Notes: generated by a model not told the origin, from the sequence alone. A stretch of DNA of 64,000 bases from Candidatus Latescibacterota bacterium (GCA_965116885.1 OZ220741.1:4672001-4736000); one strand, 5' to 3'. Positions 39,801 through 48,409 are shown, numbered from the stretch's first letter. Made by a program: numbers and translations.

Positions 39801-40066
39801 TTATCCGCGGTGGGCAAGACCGCTTGCGTCCGATTATGATGACCGCCACCACCACCATCATCGGTCTGATGCCGTTGGTACTACCGATGCTCTTTGGCAA
39901 TGCCGAAGGTACTTCAAGACGCTGGGGACCAATTGGTCTGGTAGTTATTTCCGGGCTATCTATCTCAACAATCCTGACCCTCGTCCTCTTGCCCACAGTC
40001 TATTCCCTCATGGATGACCTCTCCCAATTTGCCAAGCGCGTCACAGCCGTAGCGCGCGCGCAATAG
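36812..40066 (+). CDS. RND efflux transporter permease (AcrB/AcrD/AcrF family)
   Basis: GGAGGAG RBS, IGMLVD.AVV.LENI, ASLFES..HP, GIVVNNGIVLVD and RLRPIMMT. Confidence 0.93.
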   Translation: MKLSEFAINKPISTIMVAISIMVMGFISVFKLPLEYLPSLTFPRIFVSVNYPSSSPEEIERFITRPIEEILGTLSGVESISSSSSGSSARVGMEFAMDADMDIVGVHIRDRLDQVRADLPADVDRIDIRSFDTEDFPVLEYSLTWLGENNQELVNVFNQTILPRVQRLEGVANVVLEGLREKDLLIEVDQKAMTAYKMDFRTINRALNSNNINVSAGYVTEGDKRLAVRSMGEFETVDQIRDLPIRPNLTLDDVADVTYDYPESRSFERLDGRPSLNLEVQKASTANMVDVCKLVRNELALIHEEVGKDKLRMHIVRDRSIDVTNSIASLSQSAILGGLLAVIAIFIFLRNFRSTLIIGSAIPISVLTVFLIMYFMRQSGSNITLNLISMMGLMVAIGMLVDPAVVALENIFRKRFEEGQDARHAALEGSDEIGLPVLAASLTTICVFIPVIFVTDSRTSLFMRDFAVTVIISVIASFSIALSLIPLAASRAFKHDGQLLDRILKSIVGLVAALGLGTLIYYTDFSKIDYAGLWANANRTISALPLFAKIGFPGVIALVIFLYFRYRAIGPKALYAKLVSSTLHYRWATLSLAVVLLFAGNYIYGKVEQQPFRYQPSRAVRLTIEMPRSYDVDQAREIFKIAEDLLIPLKNELDIEAIGSRYSGRRGTRLTLYLTPADEGKLTTDEVQRKVMALLPKDIPGVRFKSGGGRGSSAVGAGVQLKGRSQETLAILAEDIETSMQGMPGVHEIQTSLESGTEEIRVTVNRERAQRYGLSPRDIATTIASALGSRGGSNFKTPDGEIDITVLLREEDRATLEQLKTTEFESDNGGMVTFSSLANFDLTTGTNTIRREDRMSTVTVFANTDQQAVFRVGQIMKMRMEGVPLPKGYTYEMDRRFRYMNAEQNQDYETLILALILIYIIMASLFESYVHPLTIMFCIFFAFIGVALGLYTFKIAMDSNAKYGLLVLFGIVVNNGIVLVDHINRYRKQGLVRRDAIIRGGQDRLRPIMMTATTTIIGLMPLVLPMLFGNAEGTSRRWGPIGLVVISGLSISTILTLVLLPTVYSLMDDLSQFAKRVTAVARAQ

Positions 40067-40067
40067 C

Positions 40068-40114
40068 AAAAAACCCCAAGCCGTCGGCAAACCTTACCGA
40101 TCACTTGGGGCTTT
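40068..40114 (+). terminator. probable terminator hairpin after the RND gene
   Basis: AAAAAACCCCAAG...CTTGGGGCTTT. Confidence 0.55.
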
Positions 40115-40125
40115 GCTTCTACCTA

Positions 40126-40159
40126 AAAAGGCACTACGCTTCCTCGCGCAGTGCCTTTT
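40126..40159 (-). terminator. terminator of the bactofilin gene
   Basis: AAAAGGCACT...AGTGCCTTTT stem at the stop codon. Confidence 0.7.
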
Positions 40160-40547
40160 ATGTTTCATTTGATGATTCTTTCTCGGTCTGATCAACCTCT
40201 TGTATCTCACTGCCCGCATCGCAGTCAGCCTTAAAAACAGCACCATCTTCAACGATCAAGACGCCCGTTTGAATTTTCCCAATAAAAGTAGCTTGCGACT
40301 GCAAATGCACTTTATCTTCAGCCACCAGATTCCCCACAATACGTCCGCTAACGAATGCGTCGCGCACCTTTACATTGGCCTCAATAACACCCGACATTCC
40401 CACAATCAGAGTACCAGAGGACTCGAGTTCGCCTTTCAAGACCCCATCCACACGCACGCCAGCCTCAATTTGAAAATGACCTTCAGAAACTGCCCCACGC
40501 CCAATAATGGTATTCATGGTCTTGTCAAAATTTGTGTTGCGATCCAT
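40158..40547 (-). CDS. bactofilin (polymer-forming cytoskeletal protein)
   Basis: TIIG.G...EG, RVDG...G, L.VG..G.I and L.VEDGA.F beta-helix pattern; GGAGGAG RBS. Confidence 0.93.
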   Translation of the reverse strand: MDRNTNFDKTMNTIIGRGAVSEGHFQIEAGVRVDGVLKGELESSGTLIVGMSGVIEANVKVRDAFVSGRIVGNLVAEDKVHLQSQATFIGKIQTGVLIVEDGAVFKADCDAGSEIQEVDQTEKESSNET

Positions 40548-40631
40548 GGATCTCTCCTCCTGAAAATTTTCAACGGACACCTAATATAAATCCTATGCAC
40601 TTTGAGTCAATTTCTTTCTCGAACTTTCCGC

Positions 40632-40660
40632 TTGACAAGCATTTTAGACAGGCGTACTTT
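40632..40660 (+). promoter_or_regulatory. sigma70 promoter
   Basis: TTGACA-N17-TACTTT upstream of the GTG at 40696. Confidence 0.6.
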
Positions 40661-40695
40661 GCGAGCCGTTTTACAACCCAAACCGAGGAGAAACT

Positions 40696-41070
40696 GTGGC
40701 ATTCACAATTACCAAAACCGTTCGCCCAAACGCCGTTTGGCAAGAAATGTACCTCCAGATACAAAAAGACCAGCGCGTAATTATCACTGCAGAGGGCCTC
40801 TGGTCTCCCGAGATGCGTCCGCTTACAATTGTCTGGTGTGGCCCCGATGGCATTGAAGGGCGTCCCGCCAATGATCAATATCTCTTGCCCGGCACAAATG
40901 TGGGGGCACTCGTTGGGCGCATTGCCGACAGTCCCATTCTTTCGGTGGGCAATTATTTCGATTTTTATTCGCCCTACGAAGGCCCGCTATTTCTCGCCAT
41001 GAACGAAAATCCCGAATACCACAGCCAAGCCGGTTCCCTCCACGCTCAAATCATCTTGTTTGACCTGTGA
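40696..41070 (+). CDS. small beta-sandwich protein, LecA/PA-IL-like
   Basis: WQ...I.A.G.W...GPDG...GALVGRI...VG...G.L.L.MN pattern; no signal peptide. Confidence 0.6.
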   Translation: MAFTITKTVRPNAVWQEMYLQIQKDQRVIITAEGLWSPEMRPLTIVWCGPDGIEGRPANDQYLLPGTNVGALVGRIADSPILSVGNYFDFYSPYEGPLFLAMNENPEYHSQAGSLHAQIILFDL

Positions 41071-41849
41071 AACTAATCCGATTTTTTGCCCGAGAATACG
41101 CCCTTTCAGGGCTGTTTATCATCTTGCTGCTCGGCTTGTGGGAAATAGTCGTGCGAAGCCTCGACCTCGCCGCATTTATCCTCCCTCCACCCTCTCAAAT
41201 CCTGTCCAAATTTGTCGCATCCCATCGCCTCCTGCTCTCTCACGGTCTCGTCACACTCACCGAAGCCCTCGGCGGCTTTTTCACAGGCGCATCATCGGGA
41301 CTACTTTGCGCCATCGCAATGGCTCGCTCCCGCCTGATCGAACGGATGCTCTATCCACTGGTCATCTCCACGCAGACCTTTCCCAAAGAGGCACTGGCTC
41401 CTGTCTTTGTCATCTGGTTTGGATTTGGCCTTTTGCCCAAAGTGATTATTGCGGGCCTCATTTCTTTTTTTCCAGTTGTGATCAACACCACGCGCGGACT
41501 CTTATCCGTTGACAAATCCATCCTCGACTTAATGCGGTCGCTCTCGGCCAGCCAACGACAAATTTTTTTTAAAGTGCGCTTGCCCAATGCTATTCCCTAT
41601 CTTTTTGCCGCACTCAAAATGTGCATCACGCTCAGTGTGATTGGCGCTGTAGTAGGTGAATTTGTCGGCTCCAGTGCAGGTCTGGGCCACCTCATTCGAC
41701 TCGCCAATTCAGAACTCGCCACCGATTTGATGTTTGCCGCCCTGCTCGCTCTCGGCTGCATGGGCACGGGCCTGTTTTTGCTCGTTGATGGCCTCGAAAA
41801 AACAGCCCTGCGCCGCTGGGGCGGTGCCGTTGAAACCATAGGTCGATAA
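41067..41849 (+). CDS. ABC transporter permease (NitT/TauT/SsuC family)
   Basis: LWE...ILPPPS, P..ALAP...WFG.G, FFPV and GAVVGEF. Confidence 0.93.
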   Translation: MKLIRFFAREYALSGLFIILLLGLWEIVVRSLDLAAFILPPPSQILSKFVASHRLLLSHGLVTLTEALGGFFTGASSGLLCAIAMARSRLIERMLYPLVISTQTFPKEALAPVFVIWFGFGLLPKVIIAGLISFFPVVINTTRGLLSVDKSILDLMRSLSASQRQIFFKVRLPNAIPYLFAALKMCITLSVIGAVVGEFVGSSAGLGHLIRLANSELATDLMFAALLALGCMGTGLFLLVDGLEKTALRRWGGAVETIGR

Positions 41850-41851
41850 CA

Positions 41852-41967
41852 AATCTACGAATCAGCGAATCAACGGAGCGGTGTACAACTGCGCCAGCAG
41901 TTCATCAGCAACGGAGTTTGTAACAACTTGGGGTGGTAGAGCGGGGTTCGTCTATTCGTCTATTCGC
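41852..41967 (+). repeat. structured intergenic repeat, copy 1
   Basis: CGAATC-type octamers, ACGGAGCGGTGTACAACTG hairpin CAGTTCAT, and a closing TTCGTCTATTCGTCTATTCG arm. Homologous to 49247-49337. Confidence 0.75.
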
Positions 41968-41991
41968 GCTTTACAAACAAGGAGTATTCCC

Positions 41992-42969
41992 ATGCAAAAA
42001 ATATTCATCGCTCTTGCCCTCGCCCTCATCACCCTGTCCTGTGCGAGTACAGACAAGACACAGGTGCAATTCATTCTCGACTGGAAAGCGCAGATGGAAC
42101 ACGCGGGATTTTTTGTCGCTAAACAAAAGGGCTTTTATGAACAAGAGGGACTTGAGGTCGAAATCCTCGAAGGCAGTGGTGCCCCCACTGCGGCCCGCGT
42201 CGTGGGCAATGGCACCTACAAACTCGGCGTAGCCAGCGGATCGGCAACTGTTATGGCGAGGGTGCGCAACATTCCCATTGTATCGCTCGCCGTAATCAAT
42301 CAGCAAACCCCGGTAGTCGTTTATTCACTCGTAGAAAAAAATATCACGACACCGCAGGACCTGATCGGCAAAAGCATTGGCGTCAATATCGGCGGCACGA
42401 AACACCGCGAATTTCAAGCCTTCTTGCGCCACCAGAATATCTCCGAAGAAGACATACAACTCATGGGCATGAGCGAAGCCAGCCCGGCACCACTTCTTGC
42501 AGGTCAAGTCGATGCCATGCTCGGATATACCGAAGACCAACCCGTCACAGTCGAACTCCAGGGCCACGCGGTCAATCGCCTCGCCCTATCGGATTACGGC
42601 ATCGATGTATATAGCACCAACATTATTGCCAACGAATCTTTTCTCAAAGAAAATCCCGACCTGATCAAACGCTTTTTGCGGGCGAGCCTGCGCGGATGGC
42701 AACACGCCGTCGATCATCCCGAAGATGCGGTCGCAGCCTACATGGCCGCGCGTCCCGAAAGCGACGAGGCCTTCAATCGCGCCAATTTCAAATATCTGAT
42801 CCCCCTATTGCAGAGTGCCGACACACAACAACAGGGCCTGGGCGCCCAAACTGAAGCAAAGTGGCAACAAACACAGGATATCCTCCACAGCCTGGACATG
42901 ATCGACCAAAAAGTCGATCTCAACCTGATCTTCACCACGGAATTTATGCCTGAAATCAGTAGTCAGTGA
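41992..42969 (+). CDS. ABC substrate-binding lipoprotein (NMT1/THI5-like)
   Basis: Lipobox TLSC, LDW....HAG..VA..KGFY..EGLEV, DLIGK.IG and F.RA..RGW. Confidence 0.9.
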   Translation: MQKIFIALALALITLSCASTDKTQVQFILDWKAQMEHAGFFVAKQKGFYEQEGLEVEILEGSGAPTAARVVGNGTYKLGVASGSATVMARVRNIPIVSLAVINQQTPVVVYSLVEKNITTPQDLIGKSIGVNIGGTKHREFQAFLRHQNISEEDIQLMGMSEASPAPLLAGQVDAMLGYTEDQPVTVELQGHAVNRLALSDYGIDVYSTNIIANESFLKENPDLIKRFLRASLRGWQHAVDHPEDAVAAYMAARPESDEAFNRANFKYLIPLLQSADTQQQGLGAQTEAKWQQTQDILHSLDMIDQKVDLNLIFTTEFMPEISSQ

Positions 42970-42975
42970 TCAGTA

Positions 42976-43002
42976 GTAGGGGCGGTGCCCCTGTGCCCGC
43001 CC
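42976..43002 (+). repeat. GTAG-family REP-like palindrome
   Basis: GTAG-GGGCGG...CCGCCC between convergent genes, preceded by TCAGT(A/G) heptamer repeats. Confidence 0.65.
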
Positions 43003-43044
43003 GTGCTTCGTTGTACTGAGCGTAGTAGAGAAACGGATTAATTA

Positions 43045-44433
43045 CTAAAATTCAGATGGTCGTCGCACACCAACCGCCTGCTCATAAGCATAAGCCAGGC
43101 GCAAAATCCGAGCCTCGTCATAAGGCTTGCCAATAATCTGCAAGCCAATAGGCAAAGCTTCATCGGACCAGCCACACGGAATCGACACCGCGCATAAACC
43201 CAAAAAATTGACCAGCCGCGTCGTCAACCTGACGGGCGCAGCATCGACATCTGCGATACGCGGTGCAACCGTCAACATCGTCGGACAAATCACGGCATCC
43301 ACATCTCGCAGGGTCTCGCGGGCCGAGATCCGCAACTCTTCGCGCCGCTGTAAAACCCTTGCATAATCTGGCGCAGAAAAAGACGCACCATGTGCTATCC
43401 GCGCGCGAATGCGCGGATCCATCATCTCACCATGCTCTGCTATAAAATCCCCATGGCATGCATACCCCTCCACGCACATAATCATCGAACTGCCGCGCCC
43501 CTCGAGTTCTTCGTCTAACTCTTCCCGCGCCTCGGGGAATTGCATTTCCACCACATCGACTCCCAATTCACACAAAACCCCTGCCGCGGCTTCTACCGAA
43601 GCGATAACCACACCATCTGCCCCATCGCAAAACGGATCGCGCACAAACCCGACGCGCAAGCCCTTCACATCTCGCTTTAACCCGCGGACCACATCCACCA
43701 ATGGCTGATTTAACGTCACCGGATCAGCCGCATCAGGCCCCGCGATCGCTTCAAACACCAGCGCGGTATCTTCCACAGACCGCGTTAAAGGTCCCATGCT
43801 ATCCAGTGTCCAAGAAAGCGGCATTGCACCTGCACGGCTCACCCGCTCCAACGTGGGCTTGAGCCCCACAACACCGCAAAACGACGCCGGGATCCGAATA
43901 GAACCGCCCGTATCTGTACCCATCGCAACAGACACCAACCCCGCCGCCACAGCCACCCCCGACCCACTGCTCGATCCTCCCGGTACGCGTTCTGATCCCC
44001 ATGGATTAGGCGGCGTACCGTAATGGGGATTCAAACCATAAGGCCCAAACGCGAGTTCCACCATATTGGTCTTGCCCATCAGCACGGCACCAGCCTGCGA
44101 AAGACGCTTTGCGACAGTTGCCGAATCCTCTGGCACATAAGTATCCCATACTTTTGCCCCTGAAGTCGTGCGAATACCCGCCGTGTGAAACAGATCTTTA
44201 AGCGCGATTGGAATGCCGTGCAAAGGTCCCAGATCCGATCCCGACCGCAACATCACCTCCGCCGCCTGTGCCTCGGCGCGAGCGCGTTCTGCCGTAACTG
44301 TAATAAACGCCTTTGTCTGACCACCGTAATCTTCAATCCGATTGAGCAACGCATCCACCACCTCAACCGGCGACACATCGCCCGCCCGATAGCGCGCGCC
44401 CAGTTCCGATAGGGTTGCAAAATGCATATCCAC
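43045..44433 (-). CDS. amidase (amidase-signature family, GatA/AtzE-like)
   Basis: GPLHGIPIALKD, GGSSSGS and GTDTGGSIRIPAS. Start reassigned to GTG 44433 (ATG 44427 also possible). Confidence 0.92.
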   Translation of the reverse strand: MDMHFATLSELGARYRAGDVSPVEVVDALLNRIEDYGGQTKAFITVTAERARAEAQAAEVMLRSGSDLGPLHGIPIALKDLFHTAGIRTTSGAKVWDTYVPEDSATVAKRLSQAGAVLMGKTNMVELAFGPYGLNPHYGTPPNPWGSERVPGGSSSGSGVAVAAGLVSVAMGTDTGGSIRIPASFCGVVGLKPTLERVSRAGAMPLSWTLDSMGPLTRSVEDTALVFEAIAGPDAADPVTLNQPLVDVVRGLKRDVKGLRVGFVRDPFCDGADGVVIASVEAAAGVLCELGVDVVEMQFPEAREELDEELEGRGSSMIMCVEGYACHGDFIAEHGEMMDPRIRARIAHGASFSAPDYARVLQRREELRISARETLRDVDAVICPTMLTVAPRIADVDAAPVRLTTRLVNFLGLCAVSIPCGWSDEALPIGLQIIGKPYDEARILRLAYAYEQAVGVRRPSEF

Positions 44434-44435
44434 AG

Positions 44436-45476
44436 TTAGATATCCTCCCCTGGCGACCACGCCACCCGTCCGGCAATCAGGTCCTCTAACAACACAAGCT
44501 CCCCACCGCGTTCGGCGGATGCATTGGCTCCCAGCACAGCCGCCAGACTGTTCAGCGCATCGCCATAAGAACTCCGCATCAAGGTGCGGTCTCCCTTCCG
44601 TATCGCACTGACAAATGCCTCTGTCTGAAACGCAAACGCATTGGGACGGCCATCCCACGCCGCGACTTCTTCGCCATTCAACACGACATTTTGCGCTGAC
44701 CACTCGAAAAGCGCGTCATCGGCAACCACCGTCACCTCGCGCCGCGCATAATTCACATTGGTCAACACCCGCGATGTAGTTGCATTGGCAACCACACCGC
44801 TCTTAAATCGATAATTCACATTATAAACATAAGGCAAATTGATCGGATCTGGCCCTTCACCTTCCGCGCGATAAAAATAAAACGCCGACACCGCCTCAAT
44901 ATCGCCGAGAAAAAAACGCAACAAATCGATCAGGTGAATCGTATTTTCCACATACGATCCCCCACACAGGGCCATGCGACTCGTCCAGTATCGGACATGC
45001 CGCCCGCTGTAAAACAACTGTACCTGTGCATGCCGCGAAATTCGCGCTTCGAGCATGGTCTTCAAGTACTCAGCTGAAGGATAATAGCGACTCATAAACC
45101 CCACTTGAGAAACAATACCCGCCCTATCAATCGCCTCGCAAAACGCCACAGCCTGAGCCATATCTAAACTCTGTGGTTTCTCCACAAAAAGAGCGATCCC
45201 CTTCTCCGCAGCGATCAACTCCGCATCCGTATGCAAAGCCGGGGGCAAACACACATAAACCCCGTCCAATTCCTCTTTGTCGAACATCTCGCGGTGATCT
45301 GTGTAAACAGATTTCGCGCCCCACACCTTTGCCTGCTCAGACACAACGCCCTGATCCACATCGCAAAATGCCTGCAATACCACCTCGCCCTTTTCAGCCA
45401 ATTGGGATAGAGCTGGCAAATGTGCTTTCTGTGGAATATGGCCCAATCCAATCATACCTATGCGAATGGGTTGCAT
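44436..45476 (-). CDS. Gfo/Idh/MocA oxidoreductase
   Basis: IGMIGLG, FVEKP, VGF..RY and IHLID. Confidence 0.92.
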   Translation of the reverse strand: MQPIRIGMIGLGHIPQKAHLPALSQLAEKGEVVLQAFCDVDQGVVSEQAKVWGAKSVYTDHREMFDKEELDGVYVCLPPALHTDAELIAAEKGIALFVEKPQSLDMAQAVAFCEAIDRAGIVSQVGFMSRYYPSAEYLKTMLEARISRHAQVQLFYSGRHVRYWTSRMALCGGSYVENTIHLIDLLRFFLGDIEAVSAFYFYRAEGEGPDPINLPYVYNVNYRFKSGVVANATTSRVLTNVNYARREVTVVADDALFEWSAQNVVLNGEEVAAWDGRPNAFAFQTEAFVSAIRKGDRTLMRSSYGDALNSLAAVLGANASAERGGELVLLEDLIAGRVAWSPGEDI

Positions 45477-45479
45477 ATA

Positions 45480-46376
45480 CTATTCCCCCTCTATCTTTGT
45501 AATCAATTCACGGGACAATTTCTCACCATCCGACACACCCACACAATCCTCCAACTCATCAATATCCGATACCCCGCACAACAACATCGACACCCGATTG
45601 TCCGACAACAAATAGCGCAAAGCTGTGCGCGTCATGGGTTCATCTAAACCTTCAACAATTTTCTCTACCCGAATCAGATTGTCATACAAATCGGCAAACC
45701 GCTCCTGCACCATCCACTGATCCCGTTTTGAACCCAACAACCCCGCGTGCAATGGCGAAGCGCAAATCACAGCAACGCCTTCTTCTGCCGCTGTGGGAAC
45801 CAATTCCTCGGTTGCTTCTCGCGTCAGCAAATCGTACTTGCAAAACGTAATCACCGAAACAAAAACATCGGTCTCTTTGAGCACTCGAGACATCAAATCC
45901 AGATCAGAACCCGTCAATCCAATATAATCACAAATTCCCTGAGACTGTATCTCCAACAACGCCTCTATAGTCCGCCCCGCATCAAACAACCCGGGCCACC
46001 CGGCTTTTTCGGCTTCGTGTACCTGCAAAAGATGCACATGATCGCGCTTCAACCGCTTCAAACTCGCATCGAGACCGCGCCATACTGCATCGCGTGTATA
46101 GTCAAACGGTTCGGGATAATACCCCACCTTTGTCGCCAAATAATACGGCTCTCGCACGCCCGACAGCGCGATGCCCAACACCTCTTCGCTGCGCCCGCGT
46201 CCATAAAGTGGTGCCGTATCAAAATAATTCACCCCCAATTCCAGCGCCCGTTCCACCACCGCCACACCATGCGACACCGGTTTTAGCCCCATCTCGGGGC
46301 GCCCGTAGAACCACGACCCGCCAAGTCCTATCTCACTGACCTTCCATCCCGTTTTACCAAATATCCTGTATTCCAT
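45480..46376 (-). CDS. aldo/keto reductase
   Basis: GKTG.KVSEIGLG, FDTAPLYG...SE and ATK. Confidence 0.93.
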   Translation of the reverse strand: MEYRIFGKTGWKVSEIGLGGSWFYGRPEMGLKPVSHGVAVVERALELGVNYFDTAPLYGRGRSEEVLGIALSGVREPYYLATKVGYYPEPFDYTRDAVWRGLDASLKRLKRDHVHLLQVHEAEKAGWPGLFDAGRTIEALLEIQSQGICDYIGLTGSDLDLMSRVLKETDVFVSVITFCKYDLLTREATEELVPTAAEEGVAVICASPLHAGLLGSKRDQWMVQERFADLYDNLIRVEKIVEGLDEPMTRTALRYLLSDNRVSMLLCGVSDIDELEDCVGVSDGEKLSRELITKIEGE

Positions 46377-46424
46377 ATCTTTAGCTTTCAGCAGTCAGCC
46401 CGCTCTGCTCCCAATTTTTAATTT

Positions 46425-47102
46425 TTAATTTTTATACCATCGACTCAATGTGACATCCGACACAGAAAGCTTATAGAGAATACGCAACACCCACATCTCT
46501 ACCACAGTGCGTACAAAGCCCCACTTGCGCCACCGCCGTGTGGAACTGCATACCCGTGCATTGAGCATCACAAATTTGCCCACACGCGCCACATGCGAGC
46601 AAAACTCGGAATCCTCAAACAACTGCAAGGAGGGAAATCCCCCCACATCTTCAAACGTATCGCGCCGGACATAAATACCCTGATCGCCATAAGTAATCCC
46701 CAAATACCGGGATCGCAAAGTACTCAAAAACGCAACCAACCGAAAACCAATCGTCTTCTCCGACAACCCGAGTCGAAACCGCCCGCCCGCCACATTGGGC
46801 ACGCGCAGGGAATCGCGTATCAACATCAAACCATCAAAGGGCAAAAATGTATCGGCGTGCAAAAACAAAAACACATCGCCCTTCGCCCGTTCTGCTCCGG
46901 CATTCATCTGCAGCGCCCGTTCTGCTCTCTCTACCTGAACCCATTGCACCCCACCACGCGCCTCAACCACTTGTTGCGTGCCATCCGTACTCCCACCATC
47001 TACCACTATCAATTCCACATCCTCAACACCGCAAAACTGCGCCAGACACGCGCCGATAACGGCCTCTTCATTTAGAACGGGAATAATCACACTAATCTGC
47101 AC
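46425..47102 (-). CDS. GT2 glycosyltransferase, TIGR04283-type
   Basis: ISVIIPVLNE, VDGGSTD, RA.QMNAGA, FLHADT, YGDQG, FED and S.RRW. Confidence 0.88.
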   Translation of the reverse strand: MQISVIIPVLNEEAVIGACLAQFCGVEDVELIVVDGGSTDGTQQVVEARGGVQWVQVERAERALQMNAGAERAKGDVFLFLHADTFLPFDGLMLIRDSLRVPNVAGGRFRLGLSEKTIGFRLVAFLSTLRSRYLGITYGDQGIYVRRDTFEDVGGFPSLQLFEDSEFCSHVARVGKFVMLNARVCSSTRRWRKWGFVRTVVEMWVLRILYKLSVSDVTLSRWYKN

Positions 47103-47112
47103 ACCGACTCCA

Positions 47113-47655
47113 CTATTTTTTTATAACATCAAAAAACTGCCGCCCATAACTAATCAGCGAAACAACAAGAAACGCAATACTCAGACCAATCAGCGCGGGT
47201 TTGAGCACATCGGCATCCCACAAATAGGCCAAAAGCAACCCACTCAGCACCAACGTTGTGACCTTGCCCCAAAAATTGGAGGACAACAACACATCGCGTC
47301 GCTTGACCAGATACATCCCCGCAAAAAAAATCACCACATCGCGCAACAAAACGACCACAACCAGCCATACGGGTAAATCTTTGAACACAACCATGGCAAT
47401 TGTAATCGCCCCAACAGCTACCTTATCGGCCAGAGGATCGAGAATCTTCCCCCACTGTGAAATTTCACCCCGCCAGCGCGCGAGCCACCCATCTATCCAA
47501 TCGCTGACAATCATCACCACCACCACACCAAATGCTTCCCATACATAATCCGGGCCCAATGAAATAAGCCACACAGTGGGTACGATCAGCACCGCGCGCA
47601 ATAAACTAACGGCATTTGACAGCGTCCAGAAACGATTGCGTTCAGTACTTCCCAT
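47113..47655 (-). CDS. CDP-alcohol phosphatidyltransferase (PgsA-like)
   Basis: SDWIDGWLAR...S.WGKILDPLADK. Confidence 0.93.
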   Translation of the reverse strand: MGSTERNRFWTLSNAVSLLRAVLIVPTVWLISLGPDYVWEAFGVVVVMIVSDWIDGWLARWRGEISQWGKILDPLADKVAVGAITIAMVVFKDLPVWLVVVVLLRDVVIFFAGMYLVKRRDVLLSSNFWGKVTTLVLSGLLLAYLWDADVLKPALIGLSIAFLVVSLISYGRQFFDVIKK

Positions 47656-47663
47656 ACAACACC

Positions 47664-48404
47664 TCACGACAACATCAACTTCAGCCCAATTCCCAGCACC
47701 AGAACCAGCACACTGCGATTAAACCACACAGGGGACAACCGCCGGTTCAAAAACAAACCGACCGCAGCCCCCAGGAACAAAGCCGGTAGCATCCACACAT
47801 CCATCACCAAACTCTGGAAATTGATCAATCCCAAAAAAACATAAGGCGTCAACTTCAAAAGATTCAAAGCAATGCCAAAAATCCACGCCGTGCCCACAAA
47901 TGTGCGCCCGACCAGGCCCTGCGGCAACAAATACAACATCAAAATTACGCCCCCCGCAGAAACCAATGTGGAAACCACCCCCAAAGTCACGCCAACGCCA
48001 AAACGCATCCACGGTCCCGGCGGTCGTACATTCACCAACACCCGGTCCCTCATCGCCTGTAGCACTGCAAAAACGCATGCCAGAGCGCCTAACATGCGCC
48101 GAAACCAGACCTCTGGCACAATATCCAGAATACCCGCACCAATCAAAATACCCAGCACCATGCCGGGCATCAATGCCTTGACATGGTCTCCAACCCAATG
48201 CCCCCAGTAGTACCGCGCACTGATCACATCGGTCGCCAACGACAGCGGCAAAACAAGACCCAATGCGGACTTCGCAGGCACGGCAAGCGCGAGAACCGGC
48301 ACAGCCACCACACCAATGCCACCGCCAAATCCCGCGCGCATCACGCCAATCAAAAAACCGCCAACCCCCAACACGACAAAATCAATTATATCCAAAAAAT
48401 CCAC
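47664..48404 (-). CDS. TauE/SafE (TSUP) family membrane transporter
   Basis: GFGGG.G...VP, and an eight-TM pattern ending WFNR.V. Confidence 0.85.
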   Translation of the reverse strand: MDFLDIIDFVVLGVGGFLIGVMRAGFGGGIGVVAVPVLALAVPAKSALGLVLPLSLATDVISARYYWGHWVGDHVKALMPGMVLGILIGAGILDIVPEVWFRRMLGALACVFAVLQAMRDRVLVNVRPPGPWMRFGVGVTLGVVSTLVSAGGVILMLYLLPQGLVGRTFVGTAWIFGIALNLLKLTPYVFLGLINFQSLVMDVWMLPALFLGAAVGLFLNRRLSPVWFNRSVLVLVLGIGLKLMLS

Positions 48405-48409
48405 CTATT

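Noticed and set aside
40158..40547. Functional link between bactofilin and the M23 peptidase at 6444
   Set aside because: These families are often adjacent in other genomes, but here they are 33 kb apart on opposite strands; nothing in the sequence links them.
41852..41967. TPP or other known riboswitch upstream of the NMT1-like binding protein
   Set aside because: Lacks TPP hallmarks such as CTGAGA and the CCTGA...AGCG core, and a homologous copy lies upstream of an unrelated gene.
44434..44703. Extended amidase N-terminus from the ORF track
   Set aside because: Overlaps the Gfo/Idh/MocA gene; the amidase homology begins near 44430, after a GGGGAGGA RBS.
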